Below, in pieces: positions 54,057 through 64,000 of a stretch of 64,000 bases of DNA (position 1 is its first letter; every line of letters begins with the position of its first letter). Both the position numbers and the translations under genes were made by a program. The notes beneath the pieces are model-generated. The model saw nothing but the letters and a program-made list of their open reading frames with translations, was not told where the DNA came from and did not search any database. The stretch covers positions 3,100,001 to 3,164,000 of the forward strand of contig OZ059896.1 in NCBI GenBank assembly GCA_964057225.1. The letters are read 5' to 3'. Origin of the DNA: Auanema rhodensis (taxonomy: Eukaryota; Animalia; Nematoda).

Positions 54057-57000
54057 ATGCACCGAGATATCAACTGATATATGTTCACACTTATATCCTC
54101 GATTTTCACCGTGAAGATTTAATTTTTTTGTTGAATAACAATGTCCATCGTCTTTGTCTTGAAAAAAGGAATCTAAAAACATCTACTTTTTGTGAAATTA
54201 TTTTGAAATTTTTCGGGAAAATTTTTGTCAAAATGTTTTTGGAAGCATTGTTGAGTGTACATGGAAACTCAACATACACTAATGCATCATTTTTCAAACG
54301 ATCATAACTAATTTTTGTATTGAGCGTTTCTCCATGTAGTATAGTGCATTCGATGCGGATTTTTAAGCTGCGTCGATCTGTGTTATCAGATTTGCGCTAG
54401 CTTGAAAATGCACCGAGATATCAACTGATATAGGTTCACACTTATATCCTCGATTTTCACCCTGAAGATTTAATTTTTTCGTTGAATAACATTGTCCATC
54501 GTCTTTGTCTTGAAAAAAGAAATCTAAAAACATCTACTTTTTGTGAAATTATTTTGAAATTTTTCGGGAAAATTTTTGTCAAAATGTTTTTGGAAGCATT
54601 GTTGAGTGTACATGGAAACTCAACATACACTAATGCATCATTTTTCAAACGATCATAACTAATTTTTGTATTGAGCGTTTCTCCATGTAGTATAGTGCAT
54701 TCGATGCGGATTTTTAAGCTGCGTCGATCTGTGTTATCAGATTTGCGCTAGCTTGAAAATGCACCGAGATATCAACTGATATAGGTTCACACTTATATCC
54801 TCGATTTTCACCGTGAAGAATTAATTTTTTCGTTGAATAACATTGTCCATCGTCTTTGTCTTGAAAAAAGGAATCTAAAAACATCTACTTTTTGTGAAAT
54901 TATTTTGAAATTTTTCGGGAAAATTTTTGTCAAAATGTTTTTGGATGCATTGTTGAGTGTACATGGAAACTCAACATACACTAATGCATCATTTTTCAAA
55001 CGATCATAACTAATTTTTGTATTGAGTGTTTCTCCATGTAGTATAGTGCATTCGATGCGGATTTTTAAGCTGCGTCGATCTGTGTTATCAGATTTGCGCT
55101 AGCTTGAAAATGCACCGAGATATCAACTGATATATGTTCACACTTATATCCTCGATTTTCACCGTGAAGATTTAATTTTTTTGTTGAATAACAATGTCCA
55201 TCGTCTTTGTCTTGAAAAAAGGAATCTAAAAACATCTACTTTTTGTGAAATTATTTTGAAATTTTTCGGGAAAATTTTTGTCAAAATGTTTTTGGAAGCA
55301 TTGTTGAGTGTACATGGAAACTCAACATACACTAATGCATCATTTTTCAAACGATCATAACTAATTTTTGTATTGAGCGTTTCTCCATGTAGTATAGTGC
55401 ATTCGATGCGGATTTTTAAGCTGCGTCGATCTGTGTTATCAGATTTGCGCTAGCTTGAAAATGCACCGAGATATCAACTGATATAGGTTCACACTTATAT
55501 CCTCGATTTTCACCCTGAAGATTTAATTTTTTCGTTGAATAACATTGTCCATCGTCTTTGTCTTGAAAAAAGAAATCTAAAAACATCTACTTTTTGTGAA
55601 ATTATTTTGAAATTTTTCGGGAAAATTTTTGTCAAAATGTTTTTGGAAGCATTGTTGAGTGTACATGGAAACTCAACATACACTAATGCATCATTTTTCA
55701 AACGATCATAACTAATTTTTGTATTGAGCGTTTCTCCATGTAGTATAGTGCATTCGATGCGGATTTTTAAGCTGCGTCGATCTGTGTTATCAGATTTGCG
55801 CTAGCTTGAAAATGCACCGAGATATCAACTGATATAGGTTCACACTTATATCCTCGATTTTCACCGTGAAGAATTAATTTTTTCGTTGAATAACATTGTC
55901 CATCGTCTTTGTCTTGAAAAAAGGAATCTAAAAACATCTACTTTTTGTGAAATTATTTTGAAATTTTTCGGGAAAATTTTTGTCAAAATGTTTTTGGATG
56001 CATTGTTGAGTGTACATGGAAACTCAACATACACTAATGCATCATTTTTCAAACGATCATAACTAATTTTTGTATTGAGTGTTTCTCCATGTCGTATAGT
56101 GCATTCGATGCGGATTTTTAAGCTGCGTCGATCTGTGTTATCAGATTTGCGCTAGCTTGAAAATGCACCGAGATATCAACTGATATATGTTCACACTTAT
56201 ATCCTCGATTTTCACCGTGAAGATTTAATTTTTTTGTTGAATAACAATGTCCATCGTCTTTGTCTTGAAAAAAGGAATCTAAAAACATCTACTTTTTGTG
56301 AAATTATTTTGAAATTTTTCGGGAAAATTTTTGTCAAAATGTTTTTGGAAGCATTGTTGAGTGTACATGGAAACTCAACATACACTAATGCATCATTTTT
56401 CAAACGATCATAACTAATTTTTGTATTGAGCGTTTCTCCATGTAGTATAGTGCATTCGATGCGGATTTTTAAGCTGCGTCGATCTGTGTTATCAGATTTG
56501 CGCTAGCTTGAAAATGCACCGAGATATCAACTGATATAGGTTCACACTTATATCCTCGATTTTCACCCTGAAGATTTAATTTTTTCGTTGAATAACATTG
56601 TCCATCGTCTTTGTCTTGAAAAAAGAAATCTAAAAACATCTACTTTTTGTGAAATTATTTTGAAATTTTTCGGGAAAATTTTTGTCAAAATGTTTTTGGA
56701 AGCATTGTTGAGTGTACATGGAAACTCAACATACACTAATGCATCATTTTTCAAACGATCATAACTAATTTTTGTATTGAGCGTTTCTCCATGTAGTATA
56801 GTGCATTCGATGCGGATTTTTAAGCTGCGTCGATCTGTGTTATCAGATTTGCGCTAGCTTGAAAATGCACCGAGATATCAACTGATATAGGTTCACACTT
56901 ATATCCTCGATTTTCACCGTGAAGAATTAATTTTTTCGTTGAATAACATTGTCCATCGTCTTTGTCTTGAAAAAAGGAATCTAAAAACATCTACTTTTTG

Positions 57001-57215
57001 TGAAATTATTTTGAAATTTTTCGGGAAAATTTTTGTCAAAATGTTTTTGGATGCATTGTTGAGTGTACATGGAAACTCAACATACACTAATGCATCATTT
57101 TTCAAACGATCATAACTAATTTTTGTATTGAGTGTTTCCCAATGTAGTATAGTGCATTCGATGTGGATTTTTAAGCTGCGTCGATCTGTGTTATCAGATT
57201 TGCGCTAGCTTAAAA
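54057..57215. repeat. 3-mer higher-order repeat (1053 bp) x3
   Basis: GATATATGTT at ~54076, ~55129 and ~56182; GGATGCATT at ~54943, ~55996 and ~57049. Confidence 0.9.
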
Positions 57216-60200
57216 ATGCACCGAGATATCAACTGATATAAGTTCACACTTATATCCTCGATTTTCACCGTGAAGAATTAATTTTTTTGTTGAATAACAA
57301 TGTCCATCGTCTTTGTCTTGAAAAAAGGAATCTAAAAACATCTACTTTTTGTGAAATTATTTTGAAATTTTTCGGGAAAATTTTTGTCAAAATGTTTTTG
57401 GAAGCAATGTTGAGTGTACATGGAAACTCAACATACACTAATGCATCATTTTTCAAACGATCATAACTAATTTTTGTATTGAGTGTTTCCCAATGTAGTA
57501 TAGTGCATTCGATGTGGATTTTTAAGCTGCGTCGATCTGTGTTATCAGATTTGCGCTAGCTTGAAAATGCACCGAGATATCAACTGATATAGGTTCACAC
57601 TTATATCCTCGATTTTCACCGTGAAGAATTAATTTTTTTGTTGAATAACAATGTCCATCGTCTTTGTCTTGAAAAAAGGAATCTAAAAACATCTACTTTT
57701 TGTGAAATTATTTTGAAATTTTTCGGGAAAATTTTTGTCAAAATGTTTTTGGAAGCAATGTTGAGTGTACATGGAAACTCAACATACACTAATGCATCAT
57801 TTTTCAAACGATCATAACTAATTTTTGTATTTAGCTTTTCTCAATGTAGTATAGTGCATTCGATGCGGATTTTTAAGCTGCGTCGATCTGTGTTATCAGA
57901 TTTGCGCTAGCTTGAAAATGCACCGAGATATCAACTGATATAGGTTCACACTTATATCCTCGATTTTCACCCTGAAGATTTAATTTTTTCGTTGAATAAC
58001 ATTGTCCATCGTCTTTGTCTTGAAAAAAGGAATCTAAAAACATCTACTTTTTGTGAAATTATTTTGAAATTTTTCGGGAAAATTTTTGTCAAAATGTTTT
58101 TGGAAGCAATGTTGAGTGTACATGGAAACTCAACATACACTAATGCATCATTTTTCAAACGATCATAACTAATTTTTGTATTGAGTGTTTCCCAATGTAG
58201 TATAGTGCATTCGATGTGGATTTTTAAGCTGCGTCGATCTGTGTTATCAGATTTGCGCTAGCTTGAAAATGCACCGAGATATCAACTGATATAGGTTCAC
58301 ACTTATATCCTCGATTTTCACCGTGAAGAATTAATTTTTTCGTTGAATAACATTGTCCATCGTCTTTGTCTTGAAAAAAGGAATCTAAAAACATCTACTT
58401 TTTGTGAAATTATTTTGAAATTTTTCGGGAAAATTTTTGTCAAAATGTTTTTGGATGCATTGTTGAGTGTACATGGAAACTCAACATACACTAATGCATC
58501 ATTTTTCAAACGATCATAACTAATTTTTGTATTGAGTGTTTCCCAATGTAGTATAGTGCATTCGATGTGGATTTTTAAGCTGCGTCGATCTGTGTTATCA
58601 GATTTGCGCTAGCTTAAAAATGCACCGAGATATCAACTGATATAAGTTCACACTTATATCCTCGATGTTCACCGTGAAGAATTAATTTTTTTGTTGAATA
58701 ACAATGTCCATCGTCTTTGTCTTGAAAAAAGGAATCTAAAAACATCTACTTTTTGTGAAATTATTTTGAAATTTTTCGGGAAAATTTTTGTCAAAATGTT
58801 TTTGGAAGCAATGTTGAGTGTACATGGAAACTCAACATACACTAATGCATCATTTTTCAAACGATCATAACTAATTTTTGTATTGAGTGTTTCCCAATGT
58901 AGTATAGTGCATTCGATGTGGATTTTTAAGCTGCGTCGATCTGTGTTATCAGATTTGCGCTAGCTTGAAAATGCACCGAGATATCAACTGATATAGGTTC
59001 ACACTTATATCCTCGATTTTCACCGTGAAGAATTAATTTTTTTGTTGAATAACAATGTCCATCGTCTTTGTCTTGAAAAAAGGAATCTAAAAACATCTAC
59101 TTTTTGTGAAATTATTTTGAAATTTTTCGGGAAAATTTTTGTCAAAATGTTTTTGGAAGCAATGTTGAGTGTACATGGAAACTCAACATACACTAATGCA
59201 TCATTTTTCAAACGATCATAACTAATTTTTGTATTTAGCTTTTCTCAATGTAGTATAGTGCATTCGATGCGGATTTTTAAGCTGCGTCGATCTGTGTTAT
59301 CAGATTTGCGCTAGCTTGAAAATGCACCGAGATATCAACTGATATAGGTTCACACTTATATCCTCGATTTTCACCCTGAAGATTTAATTTTTTCGTTGAA
59401 TAACATTGTCCATCGTCTTTGTCTTGAAAAAAGGAATCTAAAAACATCTACTTTTTGTGAAATTATTTTGAAATTTTTCGGGAAAATTTTTGTCAAAATG
59501 TTTTTGGAAGCAATGTTGAGTGTACATGGAAACTCAACATACACTAATGCATCATTTTTCAAACGATCATAACTAATTTTTGTATTGAGTGTTTCCCAAT
59601 GTAGTATAGTGCATTCGATGTGGATTTTTAAGCTGCGTCGATCTGTGTTATCAGATTTGCGCTAGCTTGAAAATGCACCGAGATATCAACTGATATAGGT
59701 TCACACATATATCCTCGATTTTCACCGTGAAGAATTAATTTTTTTGTTGAATAACAATGTCCATCGTCTTTGTCTTGAAAAAAGGAATCTAAAAACATCT
59801 ACTTTTTGTGAAATTATTTTGAAATTTTTCGGGAAAATTTTTGTCAAAATGTTTTTGGAAGCATTGTTGAGTGTACATGGAAACTCAACATACACTAATG
59901 CATCATTTTTCAAACGATCATAACTAATTTTTGTATTGAGCGTTTCTCCATGTAGTATAGTGCATTCGATGCGGATTTTTAAGCTGCGTCGATCTGTGTT
60001 ATCAGATTTGCGCTAGCTTGAAAATGCACCGAGATATCAACTGATATAGGTTCACACTTATATCCTCGATTTTCACCGTGAAGAATTAATTTTTTTGTTG
60101 AATAACAATGTCCATCGTCTTTGTCTTGAAAAAAGAAATCTAAAAACATCTACTTTTTGTGAAATTATTTTGAAATTTTTCGGGAAAATTTTTGTCAAAA

Positions 60201-63200
60201 TGTTTTTGGAAGCAATGTTGAGTGTACATGGAAACTCAACATACACTAATGCATCATTTTTAAACGATCATAACTAATTTTTGTATTGAGTGTTTCCCAA
60301 TGTAGTATAGTGCATTCGATGTGGATTTTTAAGCTGCGTCGATCTGTGTTATCAGATTTGCGCTAGCTTAAAAATGCACCGAGATATCAACTGATATAAG
60401 TTCACACTTATATCCTCGATTTTCACCCTGAAGAATTAATTTTTTTGTTGAATAACAATGTCAATCGTCTTTGTCTTGAAAAAAGGAATCTAAAAACATC
60501 TACTTTTTGTGAAATTATTTTGAAATTTTTCGGAAAAATTTTTGTCAAAATGTTTTTGGAAGCAATGTTGAGTGTACATGGAAACTCAACATACACTAAT
60601 GCATCATTTTTCAAACGATCATAACTAATTTTTGTATTGAGTGTTTCCCAATGTAGTATAGTGCATTCGATGTGGATTTTTAAGCTGCGTCGATCTGTGT
60701 TATCAGATTTGCGCTAGCTTAAAAATGCACCGAGATATCAACTGATATAAGTTCACACTTATATCCTCGATTTTCACCGTGAAGAATTAATTTTTTTGTT
60801 GAATAACAATGTCCATCGTCTTTGTCTTGAAAAAAGGAATCTAAAAACATCTACTTTTTGTGAAATTATTTTGAAATTTTTCGGGAAAATTTTTGTCAAA
60901 ATGTTTTTGGAAGCAATGTTGAGTGTACATGGAAACTCAACATACACTAATGCATCATTTTTCAAACGATCATAACTAATTTTTGTATTGAGTGTTTCCC
61001 AATGTAGTATAGTGCATTCGATGTGGATTTTTAAGCTGCGTCGATCTGTGTTATCAGATTTGCGCTAGCTTGAAAATGCACCGAGATATCAACTGATATA
61101 GGTTCACACTTATATCCTCGATTTTCACCGTGAAGAATTAATTTTTTTGTTGAATAACAATGTCCATCGTCTTTGTCTTGAAAAAAGGAATCTAAAAACA
61201 TCTACTTTTTGTGAAATTATTTTGAAATTTTTCGGGAAAATTTTTGTCAAAATGTTTTTGGAAGCAATGTTGAGTGTACATGGAAACTCAACATACACTA
61301 ATGCATCATTTTTCAAACGATCATAACTAATTTTTGTATTTAGCTTTTCTCAATGTAGTATAGTGCATTCGATGCGGATTTTTAAGCTGCGTCGATCTGT
61401 GTTATCAGATTTGCGCTAGCTTGAAAATGCACCGAGATATCAACTGATATAGGTTCACACTTATATCCTCGATTTTCACCCTGAAGATTTAATTTTTTCG
61501 TTGAATAACATTGTCCATCGTCTTTGTCTTGAAAAAAGGAATCTAAAAACATCTACTTTTTGTGAAATTATTTTGAAATTTTTCGGGAAAATTTTTGTCA
61601 AAATGTTTTTGGAAGCAATGTTGAGTGTACATGGAAACTCAACATACACTAATGCATCATTTTTCAAACGATCATAACTAATTTTTGTATTGAGTGTTTC
61701 CCAATGTAGTATAGTGCATTCGATGTGGATTTTTAAGCTGCGTCGATCTGTGTTATCAGATTTGCGCTAGCTTGAAAATGCACCGAGATATCAACTGATA
61801 TAGGTTCACACTTATATCCTCGATTTTCACCGTGAAGAATTAATTTTTTCGTTGAATAACATTGTCCATCGTCTTTGTCTTGAAAAAAGGAATCTAAAAA
61901 CATCTACTTTTTGTGAAATTATTTTGAAATTTTTCGGGAAAATTTTTGTCAAAATGTTTTTGGATGCATTGTTGAGTGTACATGGAAACTCAACATACAC
62001 TAATGCATCATTTTTCAAACGATCATAACTAATTTTTGTATTGAGTGTTTCCCAATGTAGTATAGTGCATTCGATGTGGATTTTTAAGCTGCGTCGATCT
62101 GTGTTATCAGATTTGCGCTAGCTTAAAAATGCACCGAGATATCAACTGATATAAGTTCACACTTATATCCTCGATTTTCACCGTGAAGAATTAATTTTTT
62201 TGTTGAATAACAATGTCCATCGTCTTTGTCTTGAAAAAAGGAATCTAAAAACATCTACTTTTTGTGAAATTATTTTGAAATTTTTCGGGAAAATTTTTGT
62301 CAAAATGTTTTTGGAAGCAATGTTGAGTGTACATGGAAACTCAACATACACTAATGCATCATTTTTCAAACGATCATAACTAATTTTTGTATTGAGTGTT
62401 TCCCAATGTAGTATAGTGCATTCGATGTGGATTTTTAAGCTGCGTCGATCTGTGTTATCAGATTTGCGCTAGCTTGAAAATGCACCGAGATATCAACTGA
62501 TATAGGTTCACACTTATATCCTCGATTTTCACCGTGAAGAATTAATTTTTTTGTTGAATAACAATGTCCATCGTCTTTGTCTTGAAAAAAGGAATCTAAA
62601 AACATCTACTTTTTGTGAAATTATTTTGAAATTTTTCGGGAAAATTTTTGTCAAAATGTTTTTGGAAGCAATGTTGAGTGTACATGGAAACTCAACATAC
62701 ACTAATGCATCATTTTTCAAACGATCATAACTAATTTTTGTATTTAGCTTTTCTCAATGTAGTATAGTGCATTCGATGCGGATTTTTAAGCTGCGTCGAT
62801 CTGTGTTATCAGATTTGCGCTAGCTTGAAAATGCACCGAGATATCAACTGATATAGGTTCACACTTATATCCTCGATTTTCACCCTGAAGATTTAATTTT
62901 TTCGTTGAATAACATTGTCCATCGTCTTTGTCTTGAAAAAAGGAATCTAAAAACATCTACTTTTTGTGAAATTATTTTGAAATTTTTCGGGAAAATTTTT
63001 GTCAAAATGTTTTTGGAAGCAATGTTGAGTGTACATGGAAACTCAACATACACTAATGCATCATTTTTCAAACGATCATAACTAATTTTTGTATTGAGTG
63101 TTTCCCAATGTAGTATAGTGCATTCGATGTGGATTTTTAAGCTGCGTCGATCTGTGTTATCAGATTTGCGCTAGCTTGAAAATGCACCGAGATATCAACT

Positions 63201-64000
63201 GATATAGGTTCACACATATATCCTCGATTTTCACCGTGAAGAATTAATTTTTTTGTTGAATAACAATGTCCATCGTCTTTGTCTTGAAAAAAGGAATCTA
63301 AAAACATCTACTTTTTGTGAAATTATTTTGAAATTTTTCGGGAAAATTTTTGTCAAAATGTTTTTGGAAGCATTGTTGAGTGTACATGGAAACTCAACAT
63401 ACACTAATGCATCATTTTTCAAACGATCATAACTAATTTTTGTATTGAGCGTTTCTCCATGTAGTATAGTGCATTCGATGCGGATTTTTAAGCTGCGTCG
63501 ATCTGTGTTATCAGATTTGCGCTAGCTTGAAAATGCACCGAGATATCAACTGATATAGGTTCACACTTATATCCTCGATTTTCACCGTGAAGAATTAATT
63601 TTTTTGTTGAATAACAATGTCCATCGTCTTTGTCTTGAAAAAAGAAATCTAAAAACATCTACTTTTTGTGAAATTATTTTGAAATTTTTCGGGAAAATTT
63701 TTGTCAAAATGTTTTTGGAAGCAATGTTGAGTGTACATGGAAACTCAACATACACTAATGCATCATTTTTAAACGATCATAACTAATTTTTGTATTGAGT
63801 GTTTCCCAATGTAGTATAGTGCATTCGATGTGGATTTTTAAGCTGCGTCGATCTGTGTTATCAGATTTGCGCTAGCTTAAAAATGCACCGAGATATCAAC
63901 TGATATAAGTTCACACTTATATCCTCGATTTTCACCCTGAAGAATTAATTTTTTTGTTGAATAACAATGTCAATCGTCTTTGTCTTGAAAAAAGGAATCT
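57216..64000. repeat. 10-mer higher-order repeat (3509 bp) x ~1.9, with an internal 4-mer periodicity
   Basis: CACACATAT (~59702/~63211), a 1-bp deletion (~60261/~63770) and TGTCAATCG (~60459/~63968) all recur at +3509. Confidence 0.9.

Larger units (their letters stand above)
1..64000. repeat. Tandem satellite DNA array, 351-bp monomer, ~182 copies, head-to-tail
   Basis: ATGCACCGAGATATCAAC recurs at 1, 352, 703 ... and at 7021, 14041, 21061, 28081, 35101, 42121 and 49141 (exactly 1+351n). The ORF track also repeats every 351 bp. Monomer 1 has 106/351 G+C by hand count. The array runs off both window ends. Confidence 0.99.
32644..64000. repeat. Subfamily B domain, ~89 monomers, with one A-patched monomer at 40015-40365
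   Basis: B core alleles essentially continuous to the window end. Confidence 0.95.

Noticed and set aside
10580-63422. Repeated 63-aa minus-strand ORF (MKNDALVYVEFPC...) as a tandem gene family
   Set aside because: It starts at TTG rather than ATG and has no recognisable domain. Its K/F/N/I-rich composition mirrors the A/T tracts. It is broken by TAG in all A monomers and by other stops at ~38000, ~39405 and ~52360. Most variants are non-synonymous. It is useful only as a subfamily marker.
42872-63786. 86-aa, 95-aa and 60-aa ORF variants
   Set aside because: Each arises from one SNP or a 1-2 bp indel in the same monomer, with no sign of coding function.
1-64000. Giant repetitive CDS, because 351 is divisible by 3
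   Set aside because: No ORF in the track spans a full monomer; for example ATG CAC CGA GAT ATC AAC TGA stops at 21.
1-64000. CRISPR array
   Set aside because: There are no unique spacers (the entire 351 bp repeats) and no cas genes.

Overview
The whole 64-kb window is one head-to-tail tandem array of a 351-bp, AT-rich satellite monomer (about 30% GC by hand count of monomer 1). There are about 182 copies, all in the same orientation, with no unique sequence, inversion or transposon insertion. I find no credible protein or RNA gene: the repeated 60-95 aa ORFs are a by-product of the repeat. The array is not uniform. Two monomer subfamilies (A and B, roughly 3-4% apart) alternate in blocks over 1-32.6 kb, and B then runs almost pure to the end. 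Private SNP and indel markers reveal nested higher-order repeats (2-, 3-, 4-, 6-, 8- and 10-mers) and multi-kb duplications that copied the same A/B junctions several times. Chimeric monomers record crossovers and short conversion tracts. The monomer itself is a chain of short inverted repeats, including a ~51-bp imperfect hairpin and two 9-bp stems, and some polymorphisms fall on paired stem positions. The most likely context is eukaryotic (probably invertebrate) centromeric or pericentromeric heterochromatin. Neither organism nor family can be assigned from the sequence alone, and I found no evidence of a gene-encoded system.
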